Source of the DNA: a virus
Lineage: Duplodnaviria; Caudoviricetes
IMG/VR virus record: IMGVR_UViG_3300042922_000732
Location: 1-57,719 of that record
Direction: 5' to 3' (one strand)
Length of the DNA stretch: 57,719 nt
The translations under genes and the position numbers were made by a program. The notes below the pieces were generated by a model. That model saw only the letters and a program-made list of their open reading frames with translations, was not told the DNA's origin and searched no databases. This document shows, piece by piece, positions 18,553 to 29,552 of this stretch (positions are counted from its first letter, which is position 1; each line of letters begins with the position of its first letter).

Positions 18553-19534
18553 TTTTCATAACTGTTAAGTTCATCTTTTCACCACTACCTAGATTATGAG
18601 TAATTTCAGTTATAATAAATGTTTCTCCATATACACTGACGTTATCTCCTGCTCTTAGGATATTTATATCTTTACAGCATTTTAGTGATTTACTAGTTTC
18701 TCCACTCGAAAAAAGACAATTAGCTTTAGCTTGTGCTTTAGCATAATCGTCTACTTTATCATCATCAATTATTTTTTGTAATGCTCCATAGGTCTCGGTA
18801 TCTTTTTTAAATATGCCTATAATTGGAGATAATACAAGCTCCTTCTCATCTGAACTACTAGAACTATCAGACTTACTTTTTCTACCCTTTTTCTTTGTAT
18901 CTTCTTTTCCAAGCACTTTAACTTGAGTTACTGCACCATCTAAGCTGTCTTTTTCTTCTAATTCTTCAATGATATTATCTAATTTATAAATAGTTTCATT
19001 TGATCCAAGCTTAATTATATCTAAACTTGTATTCATTCTTAGTTTATAAAGATTTCCACCTTTTTGAGCAGTCTCTTTTAAGTCTTTCTTTATCATCCCA
19101 TACAAAGACTCTTTTCTTTTGTCTTTAGCTAACCCAGTTCCGGTTTCTATAATATTACCTATAGGTATTCCCCAATCATTACAAATTATCTTAGTCCTTT
19201 GTGACGCTGTCTGTCCATCACTCCACAAGTATTCATCCTCAGACTCTTCAACAACAACAGTTCTTTCCTTACCTGTTATTGTTATTTTCTTTGATTTTTT
19301 ATTCTTACTTATATCCCAAATAACACCACTAAAAATTTGAATATACTGCCTATTATCATAAGCTTTATCAAAAAGCTCTATTGAATCGCCTTTTGCAATT
19401 CCTATATTTTTCAATTCATTAGTTTCAATAAGAGAAATGCTCAGTGTGTATGCTATTCCATCTATAGCCTCTTTAAGTGTTATAGATTCACTGAGAATTT
19501 GTATTTTATATTTATTCTTAAGTATTAAATCCAC
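18518..19534 (-). CDS. XkdQ/YqbQ-like baseplate hub protein
   Basis: IFSGVIW, YGALQKI, LRAGDNV; synteny. Confidence 0.8.
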   Translation of the reverse strand: MDLILKNKYKIQILSESITLKEAIDGIAYTLSISLIETNELKNIGIAKGDSIELFDKAYDNRQYIQIFSGVIWDISKNKKSKKITITGKERTVVVEESEDEYLWSDGQTASQRTKIICNDWGIPIGNIIETGTGLAKDKRKESLYGMIKKDLKETAQKGGNLYKLRMNTSLDIIKLGSNETIYKLDNIIEELEEKDSLDGAVTQVKVLGKEDTKKKGRKSKSDSSSSSDEKELVLSPIIGIFKKDTETYGALQKIIDDDKVDDYAKAQAKANCLFSSGETSKSLKCCKDINILRAGDNVSVYGETFIITEITHNLGSGEKMNLTVMKIEDVRRKFYSE

Positions 19535-19538
19535 TAAA

Positions 19539-20222
19539 TCACGCCCTTGTTACATAATCTAAGCATATACAGCCTCCATGATTTCCATAGTAGCAATCAG
19601 CCCAATTTCCTTGCTGTCTATAAATAGTCAATACAGTTTCTTTTGAAACGCATCCTATGACTTCATAAGATGTTCCACATCCTTTTCTTACATTTAGAGC
19701 ACTTGCTGTAACTTTAACTTTATCTCCATCCTTATATTCATTCGAATAAGTATTTGATCTATTATTTTGAAGTCCTCCTGAATAATTTGATGAATCATTC
19801 ACTGTTTCTATTTTTAGTTCTCTATAGGTTCTAAAGGTAATACTAAAATATATATCTCCAATTTCTCCACTTCTAACTTCTGGAGCAAACTTACTTATAT
19901 TAACTAATTCATTTATATTTAAATCTGTTATTATAAGCCTCACATGTGTGTCTGAATCCATCCAAAATTGAATTACATTTATATACTCTTGTGGTGTTGA
20001 AATAGCTGTATATTGACAATAGGTATCATATTCTTTAGGGAAAAATGAATCAAAGCTTATTTCTATTATTTTGCTGCCATTTTGTGAAATATCAACTTCT
20101 CCAAAATCAATAATATCGGCTGTTGTATATCTTTTCTCTTTAGGATTAGAAAGTTTATTAAGCGGATTAACTGGAAACTGAATAGTATAATTTTTTGATT
20201 CATCTATTAAATAAACATCCAA
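19539..20222 (-). CDS. XkdP-like tail tube initiator with C-terminal SH3b domain
   Basis: FPVNP…SFDSFFP…GDIYFSI; ALNVRKGCGTSY SH3. Confidence 0.82.
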   Translation of the reverse strand: MDVYLIDESKNYTIQFPVNPLNKLSNPKEKRYTTADIIDFGEVDISQNGSKIIEISFDSFFPKEYDTYCQYTAISTPQEYINVIQFWMDSDTHVRLIITDLNINELVNISKFAPEVRSGEIGDIYFSITFRTYRELKIETVNDSSNYSGGLQNNRSNTYSNEYKDGDKVKVTASALNVRKGCGTSYEVIGCVSKETVLTIYRQQGNWADCYYGNHGGCICLDYVTRA

Positions 20223-20332
20223 TTAATCATCCTCCTCTGAAAATTTAGACATAATAAAAAGCACCTATAGTTTTATAAGTACTTTTTATTATACATTTTA
20301 GGAGACTATAATAATTCTTGCTATATTACATG

Positions 20333-21028
20333 TTAATTAATTGTATTAGCAAATGGCTTATATTCTCCTTGATTTAATTTAAATATTATCGAACCATGTG
20401 GCTTTTTATTGCTATCTTGTATAAAAAAGCATATATCATTTATACCAATTTCTTTCATTCTAGTTTCTTTCATTACAGTTAAAGAGCCAGCAACTCCTTC
20501 TGTTTCTTTTATATTTTTTAGTAGATTCATATATATTACTAATGATTTTTTATCATCTTTCCCATATATATTACTAACCTTCATATCTGGATAACTGCTT
20601 TCTATCTCTTTTGTTATATCTGTATATACCTGCTTATTTTGTTCAGATTGTTTTTTACATTCCTTATCATAAGTATCTTTTTCTTTTCTCAATCTCTCGA
20701 TATCAGTCTTTATGTTTTTTCTTTCTGATTCATTCATTGAATCATATTTTTCATCTAAGTCACTATATATTGTATAATCACTACCGCCAATTAAATCTTC
20801 ATATGATTTTTTTAAAACGGTCTTTTCTTCTGCAGTAGGATTATATAAATGTTGACTGATAGTTGTATTAGATGTTTGAATAGGTTTATTTTTATCATCA
20901 TAAATGTTCCAAGATATAAAACAAATGATACTAAAACCTAGGACTACAATAATTCCTAACGATAGCTTTCTGATTAATTTCTTATCCATTAATGAATCCC
21001 CCTTATATACCATATTGTACCATAACAT
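20333..21028 (-). CDS. Membrane-anchored extracytoplasmic protein (moron; possible superinfection exclusion)
   Basis: Single N-terminal TM (likely start MDKKLIRK); own downstream terminator; inserted after tape measure. Confidence 0.65.
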   Translation of the reverse strand: MLWYNMVYKGDSLMDKKLIRKLSLGIIVVLGFSIICFISWNIYDDKNKPIQTSNTTISQHLYNPTAEEKTVLKKSYEDLIGGSDYTIYSDLDEKYDSMNESERKNIKTDIERLRKEKDTYDKECKKQSEQNKQVYTDITKEIESSYPDMKVSNIYGKDDKKSLVIYMNLLKNIKETEGVAGSLTVMKETRMKEIGINDICFFIQDSNKKPHGSIIFKLNQGEYKPFANTIN

Positions 21029-21031
21029 TAT

Positions 21032-24000
21032 TTATTTTTTAATATTTGTAAAAACATCTCTGAGTTTTCTTCCAACTTCTTGAGTTACTTCACAAATTAT
21101 TCCTTCAATATCTTGATTACCATTGTTAATTTGAACATCTACTTGCACATTATTCCCACCACCAGCGACTTGAACTTGCTGTGGCTGAATTAATTGGTAT
21201 TGTCTTTGCTTAACTTGGAAAGGTTCATCATTTTGATTATTATTAGATTTTAGCAGATTAGTGGTTTCTTTGTTATTTAAAACTTTTTCTCCACCTTTAA
21301 AATTATAAAATTTTCTTCCTAAAACTAGCTCCATTCCTCGTTCACCAACTGAATTTATTCCGGGTGGTGCATTGTCTGTTCCAGCATAATGTTGAGGTAC
21401 ACTTTTAACAATTTCTGATGCTGCATTAATCGCACTATTAACAGAATTTGTCCCTATAGAATTTGCTGCTCCTGAAAGCACTGTTGTTATTTGAATAGTT
21501 CTACCATCCATTTTATTTATACTGTCTTCAAGTTGGTGCATACTAGATATTGTTCCATCTACATTACTAACAATTTGAATTGGATGGTTATTTACATCAA
21601 CAATGCCAGTTACAGTTCCATCTGCTGCAGTTTTAATCTCTTTTAAGTCTCCAATTAAATTACCATTTGAGCCTATTAATTGGTTGTTTGGGTTCAACTT
21701 ACTACCATTTAGAATATCTAATGATTTATTATTATCAAATCTAGTGCTTTCACTAGATTCTGCCCTTGTTTTAACTTCTTGTTTCAATTCATTAGTATAT
21801 CCACCATACCATCCTTTTGTTTTACTAAAAACTCCAGCAATATCCCCAGTTTTTTTATCTATTGTTGCATAAATATCTTCCATTTCTCCACTGGAAGTAT
21901 TTTTGATTCGATACCAGCCTTCTTTAGTTATCTGATCAATGTTTTTAAAATTATTTTTTAAAAAACTAATCCCTTTTTGTGCTGTTTTGTCTTCAGCTGA
22001 TAATAGATCCCCAGTTCGTTCGTTTAATTCTCCTTTAGCACTTGAATAATTTTTATATAATGTTGCTAAATCTGAATCTTTGCTTTTATCAACTTCTCCT
22101 AATGCCTTATCACGTGCAGATGTAGTTTCATCTATTGTTTTTTGTAATACAGCTTTCTTTTTAGGATCCGTTTCATTTTGAAGAAAATATTTATTTTGAC
22201 CAATTGTACTGTCATAATCTTTTTGAATTTTTTCTTTCGTATCGTCATATTCTTTTATTCTCTCTTTTAGTACGTCACTTGCACCATTTAATCCACTTAC
22301 TTGTTCTGCACTTCGTTTGAATTTATTATCTGTATATTCCTTTTCTCCAGCATTCTGTGCATTAGCATATTCTAATTTAATTTTCTCTAGTTCTGCTGCT
22401 TTTTCTTTCAATAATTGTATATCACTATCCAATATTGTTCCATGATTTTTTATGGCATCATCACCGATTTTATACATTTCATCTCTTATTGTAAGCTCTT
22501 TGTTTACACCATCTTCAAAATAAGAATTTATATAATCTAAAGTGCCTTGCTCAGCTGTACTTGTAACGCCATCTAAACTAAATGTTTTTTGAAATTCGTT
22601 TTGAATCTCTGATTGCTTTTCTTTCATTGAGTTAATGCCTTCATAAGCCATATCATTAAACCAATTCTTTAGCTGATTATTTTTGGTTTCATTGAATACT
22701 CCATCACCTAATAATCTACCTAGATTCATGTCTAATTTTAACAAGCTTTTTGAAGAATCTTCTGCTGCTTTTTTAAAAGAATCAGATACAGTTTCTCCGA
22801 AATCATCATATATAAGACCATTATCAACCAATTCTTTCTTGGACTTTAATAGTCCCCCATTTAATGTATTCATTATTTTTTCCATAGGTCCTAATTCTTC
22901 TGTAGTAGTAGTAACGCTTTTCTGCATTAAATCATTATTCGCAACAACTGCAGCTCCAATAAGACCAATTGAAGCTGCTACAGCAACACCAGCTGGAGAG
23001 AATAGAAATGGTAATAGCTTTCCTGCAATTCCTATTTTTGAAATGCCATCCGCTACTTCAGCTGTTTCAGCCACAACTTTTGCACCCTTTAGGGTACTTA
23101 CCAAAGTTGATATGCCAGAGATAGTATTTCCTATATTTCCAACTGTACTTAATACAGTAAAAGCAGCGCCCAAACCTATTACAGTTTCAGCTAAAGATTT
23201 GATTTCATTAGTGTGTTTGCTAATGTAATCAACCATTTCAACTACCTTATCTGTAATAGTCGGCATCTTCCCAGTGAGCCAGGTTACAAATTCTTTTGCA
23301 TATGGTGCTAATTTTTCCCCTAAAGTAATTTGCATATGTTCAACTGCAGCTTTTAACTTAATCCATTGTCCATTTAGATTATCAAGTTTGATATCAGCCA
23401 TTTGTTGAGCTGCTCCATTAGCAGTCTTAAGTTGTTCACTTAAATCACTAACGCTTTTCCCACCTTGATTCATTAACGCCAAAACACCTGACATACTTTC
23501 AGTACCAAATATAGTACTTATAACGTCTGCTCTTTGTTGACTAGTTAACTTTTTCAATGAACTGTTTAAGTTATCTACAACACCACTAAGTGGCTTCATA
23601 TTTCCTTTTGTATCAAATGCATTAATACCATACTTTTGCATAACTTTTGCTGCTTCACTAGTTGGACTAGCTAGTCTTGCCATAGTTTGTCTTAATACGG
23701 TACCTGATTGTGATCCTTTAATATTCGCATTAGAAAGTAGCCCTACTGCTGAAGCTGTATCTTCAAGAGAAATTCCTAAAGATTGTGAAACTGGAGCGAC
23801 ATATTTCATTGACTCTCCAAGATCAGTAACATCACTATTAGTTGCACTGGCACTTAATGCTAGTACATCTGCTACATGGCTTGCATCGCTAGCTTTTAAA
23901 CTAAAAGCTTTTAAAGTACCACTTGCAATATCTGTTGCAGCTGCCAAGTCTAAATCACCAGCACTTGCAAGATTTAATAATCCTGGTAGTGCACTTATTG

Positions 24001-24658
24001 TTTCATCAACTGAAAAACCTGCTTGTCCAAGTAGTTCTTCTGCTTGTGTAACGTGTCTAGCCGACCATGCAGTTGTTGAGCCGAACTTTTTAGCGGATGC
24101 ATCTAATTGTTTCATTTGACTATCTGTTGCATTAGTTACAGCTTTAACATTCGATAGGCCTTTTTCGTATTCTGAATATGTTTTTATTGATGTGCCTATT
24201 CCTATTCCACCTGCAGCTATTACACCAGCTGTTCCTAGAGCTATTACTTTTTTAGCTCCAGCCTTAATCCATCCACTTATTTTCCCCTGAATTTTATCAA
24301 TTGTTCCACTGGCTTTATCTATTGCTTTAACATCAACCTTAGCTTCTTTTATTTTCTTTGTCTTGCTTTCTATTTTATCTACTTTAGCTGAAGCTTCATC
24401 TTTAAGTTTTGCAGTTATGGTCATATTGGCACTTTTAAATTTATCTATTTTAGAATTTATTTTATCCATTTTATTTGATGCTAGATCATTTAATTTTACT
24501 GTTGAACTTGCAGTTAATTTGCTTAATGCTTTTGTTTTCTTTTCGATTTGTTGTGTCATTTTATCCATTGCTGAAAGTTTACTTTTAGCCTGTGAATCTC
24601 CACTGACACCAACTTTAATATCAAGTCTATATATTTCTTTATTTGCCAGAACTATCAC
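21032..24658 (-). CDS. Tail tape measure protein (TP901 family core)
   Basis: 1208 aa; AEELLGQAGF, DLGESMKYVAP, IKGSQSGT core; likely start CTG at 24649 behind AGGAGGTG. Confidence 0.93.
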   Translation of the reverse strand: MIVLANKEIYRLDIKVGVSGDSQAKSKLSAMDKMTQQIEKKTKALSKLTASSTVKLNDLASNKMDKINSKIDKFKSANMTITAKLKDEASAKVDKIESKTKKIKEAKVDVKAIDKASGTIDKIQGKISGWIKAGAKKVIALGTAGVIAAGGIGIGTSIKTYSEYEKGLSNVKAVTNATDSQMKQLDASAKKFGSTTAWSARHVTQAEELLGQAGFSVDETISALPGLLNLASAGDLDLAAATDIASGTLKAFSLKASDASHVADVLALSASATNSDVTDLGESMKYVAPVSQSLGISLEDTASAVGLLSNANIKGSQSGTVLRQTMARLASPTSEAAKVMQKYGINAFDTKGNMKPLSGVVDNLNSSLKKLTSQQRADVISTIFGTESMSGVLALMNQGGKSVSDLSEQLKTANGAAQQMADIKLDNLNGQWIKLKAAVEHMQITLGEKLAPYAKEFVTWLTGKMPTITDKVVEMVDYISKHTNEIKSLAETVIGLGAAFTVLSTVGNIGNTISGISTLVSTLKGAKVVAETAEVADGISKIGIAGKLLPFLFSPAGVAVAASIGLIGAAVVANNDLMQKSVTTTTEELGPMEKIMNTLNGGLLKSKKELVDNGLIYDDFGETVSDSFKKAAEDSSKSLLKLDMNLGRLLGDGVFNETKNNQLKNWFNDMAYEGINSMKEKQSEIQNEFQKTFSLDGVTSTAEQGTLDYINSYFEDGVNKELTIRDEMYKIGDDAIKNHGTILDSDIQLLKEKAAELEKIKLEYANAQNAGEKEYTDNKFKRSAEQVSGLNGASDVLKERIKEYDDTKEKIQKDYDSTIGQNKYFLQNETDPKKKAVLQKTIDETTSARDKALGEVDKSKDSDLATLYKNYSSAKGELNERTGDLLSAEDKTAQKGISFLKNNFKNIDQITKEGWYRIKNTSSGEMEDIYATIDKKTGDIAGVFSKTKGWYGGYTNELKQEVKTRAESSESTRFDNNKSLDILNGSKLNPNNQLIGSNGNLIGDLKEIKTAADGTVTGIVDVNNHPIQIVSNVDGTISSMHQLEDSINKMDGRTIQITTVLSGAANSIGTNSVNSAINAASEIVKSVPQHYAGTDNAPPGINSVGERGMELVLGRKFYNFKGGEKVLNNKETTNLLKSNNNQNDEPFQVKQRQYQLIQPQQVQVAGGGNNVQVDVQINNGNQDIEGIICEVTQEVGRKLRDVFTNIKK

Positions 24659-24837
24659 CTCCTAGCCGGAGTATTTCTTTTATTATTTTCTTCGACTTCA
24701 TATGAAGAAAAAGCCAAGACTAATTTCCTGGCCATATTATTATTATCTACTCCATAAAAATCATGAGGCAGCACATTATGCATTGAAAACAAATTATATA
24801 ATGCAGTTATTGTGCCACCCCAGGTTATTAGTTTTTT
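24655..24837 (-). CDS. -1 frameshift extension of the tail assembly chaperone (G/GT type)
   Basis: Slippery A AAA AAC (24837-24831) before the TAA; -1 frame open KKLITWGG…PARR* to 24655. Confidence 0.75.
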   Translation of the reverse strand, partial: KKLITWGGTITALYNLFSMHNVLPHDFYGVDNNNMARKLVLAFSSYEVEENNKRNTPARR

Positions 24838-25307
24838 ATATCTTCTTTCTCCTCTAACTCATCATTAAATCCTGATATTTCAAGAACTTTATTAACTAAA
24901 ATTGAAATTTCTCCAGCTAAAAGTTTTCTTCTTATATATGATTTACCATCACTAACCTTTAGTGAATCAACTAACTTAGGATTATTCCAATCAAAATTAG
25001 TTGTAGCACCTACAATAAGCCCTGCATCAAATTCTGCATTATTAACTTTTGTCTCAAATTTTCCACTTACTTTCTTCTTTGTTGTACACTCTTCTCTTAT
25101 TCTGCTAATTTCTTTTTCTGTTAATCCTTTTAATTCTATTTCAATTCCCAATCTTGGAATCTGTATAGTTGTAGTAGGAATTTCAAATGTTCCCATTAAT
25201 TTTGCTATTATATCCTCTTCCTTCATTGCTAATACTTTATCTTGATCTTCTTTTTTAATACTCATAATAAAAGTCCTCCTCAAATTCATAATAAATGCAA
25301 GGTACAA
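24828..25307 (-). CDS. Tail assembly chaperone XkdN-like
   Basis: LKGLTEKEI…LLAGEI…VLEISGF; between tube and tape measure. Confidence 0.88.
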   Translation of the reverse strand: MYLAFIMNLRRTFIMSIKKEDQDKVLAMKEEDIIAKLMGTFEIPTTTIQIPRLGIEIELKGLTEKEISRIREECTTKKKVSGKFETKVNNAEFDAGLIVGATTNFDWNNPKLVDSLKVSDGKSYIRRKLLAGEISILVNKVLEISGFNDELEEKEDIKN

Positions 25308-25338
25308 TGCCCCTTGCTTGGCTTATTTTTAATTATTT

Positions 25339-25752
25339 CTAGTCAGCTTCTATTGGATCAACCAATTCATAATCATCATAGGTAAAAGGAGTTTCCTCCT
25401 CTACCAAATCTCCGCCTTTGAAATTTACCAAACTTATCTTATCTGCCATACAACCAATAAGCCTTATTCTTTCGAATCCATAAGCTTCTGGATCTTCTAA
25501 ACTCGTTAATACTTCAAACTTTTTAAACCCTTGTTGAATCATTTTTGAAGTTATATGATATCCTTTTATAGTTCCTGAACCTTTTGTAGCGCCTCTTTTA
25601 TACTTTGTTCTTGTGCTGCCACATGTAACTACATCCTTTTTCTCCATTTCTTCAGTTGCAGTACATTCATTTACATTACTTTGCCATTCTCCATCGATAA
25701 AAACTTTACCATATGAACCATTACAAATTCTACTCGCATCTAATACATCCAT
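25339..25752 (-). CDS. Tail tube protein XkdM-like
   Basis: NGSYGKVFIDG…LEDPEAYGFERI…EEETPFT. Confidence 0.92.
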   Translation of the reverse strand: MDVLDASRICNGSYGKVFIDGEWQSNVNECTATEEMEKKDVVTCGSTRTKYKRGATKGSGTIKGYHITSKMIQQGFKKFEVLTSLEDPEAYGFERIRLIGCMADKISLVNFKGGDLVEEETPFTYDDYELVDPIEAD

Positions 25753-25774
25753 TTATATCACCTTACCTTCCTTA

Positions 25775-27208
25775 TTATTTAGTAACATTACCTGTTCCAT
25801 AAACTCTTTTAATAACATCAACGTACTTAGCACTCCATTTCCAAAAGAATTCATCACTTTCAGCAGTTGCTTGTAGCTCCTTATCAACTTCTACTGTAAA
25901 GTCTGCAGCTATTACACCTGCTTTATAAAGAGTTTCAAAATATTGTTTTAAGGAACACAATATTAATGTTCTTCCAGTATCATCATTAGGTGTTTTACCA
26001 TTGAAATCTTTCCTTTTAAGGGCTGTGTCACCATCAACTGCATTCATAAACTTGATTGCTCTTATAGTTCCAAATACATCGGTTTTCTCATCTGTATAAT
26101 TTTTAAATGTATTAACATCATCAACAACTATTACATCATCAGCATCTTTTGCTAAAACTAACGTTCCTGCCTTTAATGTTGCTGCAATATCAGTTTTTGA
26201 AAGTCTTGGCTGTATATCATCGAAAATAGTAACTGCATTACATATACTATCTTTTAATCCTGCACCTGTTGCTAATGCTGCTATATATACTGCCACTTCT
26301 GCACTAGAATATGAAATACCATCATAAGTAGCATTTGGAGCAAATACATTAACTACATCTTCATGATTAAGTTCTTTACTTTTTGAATTTGCTTGATCCA
26401 ATGTATCATTACTTTGTCCACCCACAAATGCAATTATATTAATTCCTTCATTCTTATTTTTAATTACCCAAGCTTTTATACTAGCTTGAAGCGATTGGTC
26501 TGTTACTCCATCTAATACGAAGCCATCCATACCATATCCCTCAAATACACTCATTGCATCTAAGTAATGTTGATTAGTTATGCCAGCTGTTCCATCATTT
26601 CCTCCAGATAATTTTTGATTTGTTATAGTAGTTAATGTACCTGAAGCCGTTCCTACTTTACTAGCAATCAAATATTCATTTTCTACATTAGAATTGATTG
26701 CAGCAATAACATCATCAACTGATCCACTCAATGCACTCATAGAAAATAACTGAACAGTCCCCTCAAATAACATAAAATCTATCTTGCTTGAATCTGCTAA
26801 ATTAGTTCTAATTGTTACATTAAAATCTCTTACTGTTGGATATTTAGTTTCTAATTTTATTGCATCTGCAGCTGCAGTATTTTTAAGAATTGTAGTAGCA
26901 GTCTTTTGTGTACCATCAGCTAATCTATAAAATAGCACTGCTTTAGGTTGTCCAAGTAAAGCTAATCTTCCCAATTTATATGCTGTATAGTTTGGATCTT
27001 CACCAAATGTCTTTTTCAGTGTATTTTCTGAGGTTGAAGTTACTGTTATTCTAGTAACAGTATTAACTGGCCCCCAATTAGCTTTAACTGGCATAGCTAA
27101 AATACCGTGAATACCTGTTCCTATTCTTTCTTGAGCTATATTTTTAAATCTGTTATACCATCCTGGTATCGTTGGCCTGTTTTTTTCATCCCAATTGCCT
27201 GTAGCCAT
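25775..27208 (-). CDS. Tail sheath protein XkdK-like
   Basis: PGWYNRF…ANWGP…GKTPNDDTGR. Confidence 0.92.
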   Translation of the reverse strand: MATGNWDEKNRPTIPGWYNRFKNIAQERIGTGIHGILAMPVKANWGPVNTVTRITVTSTSENTLKKTFGEDPNYTAYKLGRLALLGQPKAVLFYRLADGTQKTATTILKNTAAADAIKLETKYPTVRDFNVTIRTNLADSSKIDFMLFEGTVQLFSMSALSGSVDDVIAAINSNVENEYLIASKVGTASGTLTTITNQKLSGGNDGTAGITNQHYLDAMSVFEGYGMDGFVLDGVTDQSLQASIKAWVIKNKNEGINIIAFVGGQSNDTLDQANSKSKELNHEDVVNVFAPNATYDGISYSSAEVAVYIAALATGAGLKDSICNAVTIFDDIQPRLSKTDIAATLKAGTLVLAKDADDVIVVDDVNTFKNYTDEKTDVFGTIRAIKFMNAVDGDTALKRKDFNGKTPNDDTGRTLILCSLKQYFETLYKAGVIAADFTVEVDKELQATAESDEFFWKWSAKYVDVIKRVYGTGNVTK

Positions 27209-27525
27209 TATTTAACCCTCTTTTCTAAAAAATTTTTAACTATCTCTTGAAATTCTTCCTTTGTGAGTTCAGTTTTTTCACAATTAAATAAAGCACCTGC
27301 AACTACTTCTTTTCTGTAGCCAAGTGCCTCTGCGCTTTCTATAAAATCATTAATTGGATAAGTTATTTCTTCAATTGATTTATTTGGTTCAGCCACTATA
27401 TTTTCCTCCTGTTTTGCATTATTATCCTCAATGTTTGCTGAATCAGCAGTATTATTATCTTTTTCATTAGCTGCTATTGCCTCATTTACGATGTTTTTAG
27501 TAGTTTGTTCATCAACATCATCCAT
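27208..27525 (-). CDS. Hypothetical tail-region protein
   Basis: EVVAGALF…FLEKRVK; immediately before sheath. Confidence 0.7.
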   Translation of the reverse strand: MDDVDEQTTKNIVNEAIAANEKDNNTADSANIEDNNAKQEENIVAEPNKSIEEITYPINDFIESAEALGYRKEVVAGALFNCEKTELTKEEFQEIVKNFLEKRVK

Positions 27526-27531
27526 CTTTTA

Positions 27532-28362
27532 TCACTCCTCATTTAATGTTCCTCTGCTATGAATTTTTTCAATAGCAGGACCATTATTAATTTGAATCAT
27601 CTTTCTTCTAGAGAATTTAACTGTTAACTGCCCTTTAGAGAGCATATCAGCTTCTCTATCTTCATCTATACTTTCTATAGTAAGATAACGCTTATCTGCT
27701 AAATTTAAAGGGATTTTTAGATCAGAAATAAGCCTATTTTCTATATCATCTAACAAATTATTTATTTCATTTTTACTATTACTAGCAATATGACATATTA
27801 TAGTTTTACTTTCTTTTATTAGAGCATTATTTTCTCTATCTTTACTTTGACTTTTCACTCTCCATAGAATACTTGGAACTTCAAAATTCTTTTTCCAGGT
27901 ATTAAGATATACTTTGGAACTAGCAATAGTTTTAGTATATTCACTTAAAGCTTCAAGCCATGTATCAGTATTAACTTCCTCTTCTTCATGTAATGCAATA
28001 ACAGTAAATTTTAAACCTCTAGCTATAGCTTGCCAATCTTCATCAACAATATCTTGACCAATAGCTCCACCAAATACACAGGTAAATGTTTCGTTTGTTT
28101 TTGAATCTGTTAAAACCTGCATATCTAATGCTTTAATAACATTCTCAGCTAATAAATCTAAGTTTTTGAAAGTAAATCTATTTTCATATAACCATACTTC
28201 TATAGTTCTTTTAAATCCAATTACTTCTCCATTATCAGTATCATCCCCTTGAACAATTACTGCATAAGGCTTAGGAGTATCTTTATCAGGTGCATTAGGT
28301 TCATAACAGTTTCCTATTCCTGTTACCGTATTTATTATTTTTTCTCTTATACCAGATCTCAT
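27532..28362 (-). CDS. Tail terminator-like protein
   Basis: PKPYAVIVQG; synteny. Confidence 0.65.
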   Translation of the reverse strand: MRSGIREKIINTVTGIGNCYEPNAPDKDTPKPYAVIVQGDDTDNGEVIGFKRTIEVWLYENRFTFKNLDLLAENVIKALDMQVLTDSKTNETFTCVFGGAIGQDIVDEDWQAIARGLKFTVIALHEEEEVNTDTWLEALSEYTKTIASSKVYLNTWKKNFEVPSILWRVKSQSKDRENNALIKESKTIICHIASNSKNEINNLLDDIENRLISDLKIPLNLADKRYLTIESIDEDREADMLSKGQLTVKFSRRKMIQINNGPAIEKIHSRGTLNEE

Positions 28363-28886
28363 AATTTATCCTCCCAATATTGAATTAATTTATTTACAAT
28401 AACACTCTTATTATTATTTAAAGTATCATGTAAAATTGGCATAGGTTTTATACCTTTTACACTTCTAGCAAAGTGCCTATTGCCTTCAGTATCAACCCAA
28501 CTTAATATCTTTTTATTAACTGGAAGTATAATCTTATGAGCTGGACCATAAATACCAGTACCATTTTCTAACCATTCTCCATATTCAACACCATGAGCTA
28601 GATACAAATTATATTCATGGCTACCACCATCAACACCACCATTTATAAGATTTCTTGCATGTGAGCTTCTATCTTTCCAATATGCTTTAGTCTTAGCTTC
28701 ATTTACTAATGGTGGCATTATTCCAAATTGAATTATCATAGGCATTCCAGCTATTTTTATATCAATAAAATCCATAACTTTAAAACCCATATTAATCAAT
28801 CCTTTCAAGATCGCAAAGATACCCACAAATAATTCCTTCAACTTTTTGTGGGTATACTGCTTTAATCTCAAATTTTTCTTTATCAT
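28359..28886 (-). CDS. HK97 gp10-like neck protein (true start probably near 28790)
   Basis: WKDRSSHAR…HGVEYGEWLENGTG. Confidence 0.75.
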   Translation of the reverse strand: MIKKNLRLKQYTHKKLKELFVGIFAILKGLINMGFKVMDFIDIKIAGMPMIIQFGIMPPLVNEAKTKAYWKDRSSHARNLINGGVDGGSHEYNLYLAHGVEYGEWLENGTGIYGPAHKIILPVNKKILSWVDTEGNRHFARSVKGIKPMPILHDTLNNNKSVIVNKLIQYWEDKL

Positions 28887-29178
28887 TTTTAAACTTAATT
28901 GATTCCTTTGGACTTACTTCTAATTTAGCATCTTTATCTGCTAGCATTTTATATCTATTGGTTACATATGATGTCCCTTTGGTATCTGAATTGACATTAA
29001 TCTGTGTACTATCATCATTCAAATAAATTAGAACTGTAATTGTTCTATTATCAGTACTTGGTTCAAATGCTCCATCAACTTCTTCCAAAGTAATCTGAGT
29101 AAATGATATTTCTGTTGGATTTACTGATATAGCCTTATTAATAGTTCTTATAACCTTTTGAGAACTTAATCTACTCAT
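28792..29178 (-). CDS. Head-closure-like protein
   Basis: Synteny and size. Confidence 0.6.
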   Translation of the reverse strand: MSRLSSQKVIRTINKAISVNPTEISFTQITLEEVDGAFEPSTDNRTITVLIYLNDDSTQINVNSDTKGTSYVTNRYKMLADKDAKLEVSPKESIKFKNDKEKFEIKAVYPQKVEGIICGYLCDLERID

Positions 29179-29552
29179 ATTTCATCAGCTCTTCCCATCA
29201 TACTTTTATATCCTGTTGTTAGTTTTGTAGGATTCAATGCTGCCTGTTCTGCATCATAATCAGCTTTATATATAGCAGCTAAGTTATTCCAATAGTCTTT
29301 ATTACTCGACTTTACTTCGATAGAACCAACTTTTATCTGATCATCTGAGGCTGCTTTAAGTAAGCAACCTCTCCAGCTGGCTTTGCTAACACTATTACCA
29401 TTAACTAAAAGTAAATTATGAAGATCTGCATCATCAAAATATGGATATTCTTTTTCCTGAAGATTAAGTTTTAATTGTTCTATTGGGTCCATATTATTGA
29501 CCTCCATTTCCTCCATCACCTTCGCCTTCTTTTTGGCCTGTTCCTGGATCAA
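29175..29552 (-). CDS. Head-tail adaptor-like protein
   Basis: LKLNLQEKEYPYFDDADL; synteny. Confidence 0.65.
   Translation of the reverse strand: MIQEQAKKKAKVMEEMEVNNMDPIEQLKLNLQEKEYPYFDDADLHNLLLVNGNSVSKASWRGCLLKAASDDQIKVGSIEVKSSNKDYWNNLAAIYKADYDAEQAALNPTKLTTGYKSMMGRADEI

Noticed and set aside
22683-23228. 181-aa plus-strand ORF and other plus-strand ORFs inside structural genes
   Set aside because: Antisense shadows of well-supported minus-strand genes; no RBS or motifs.
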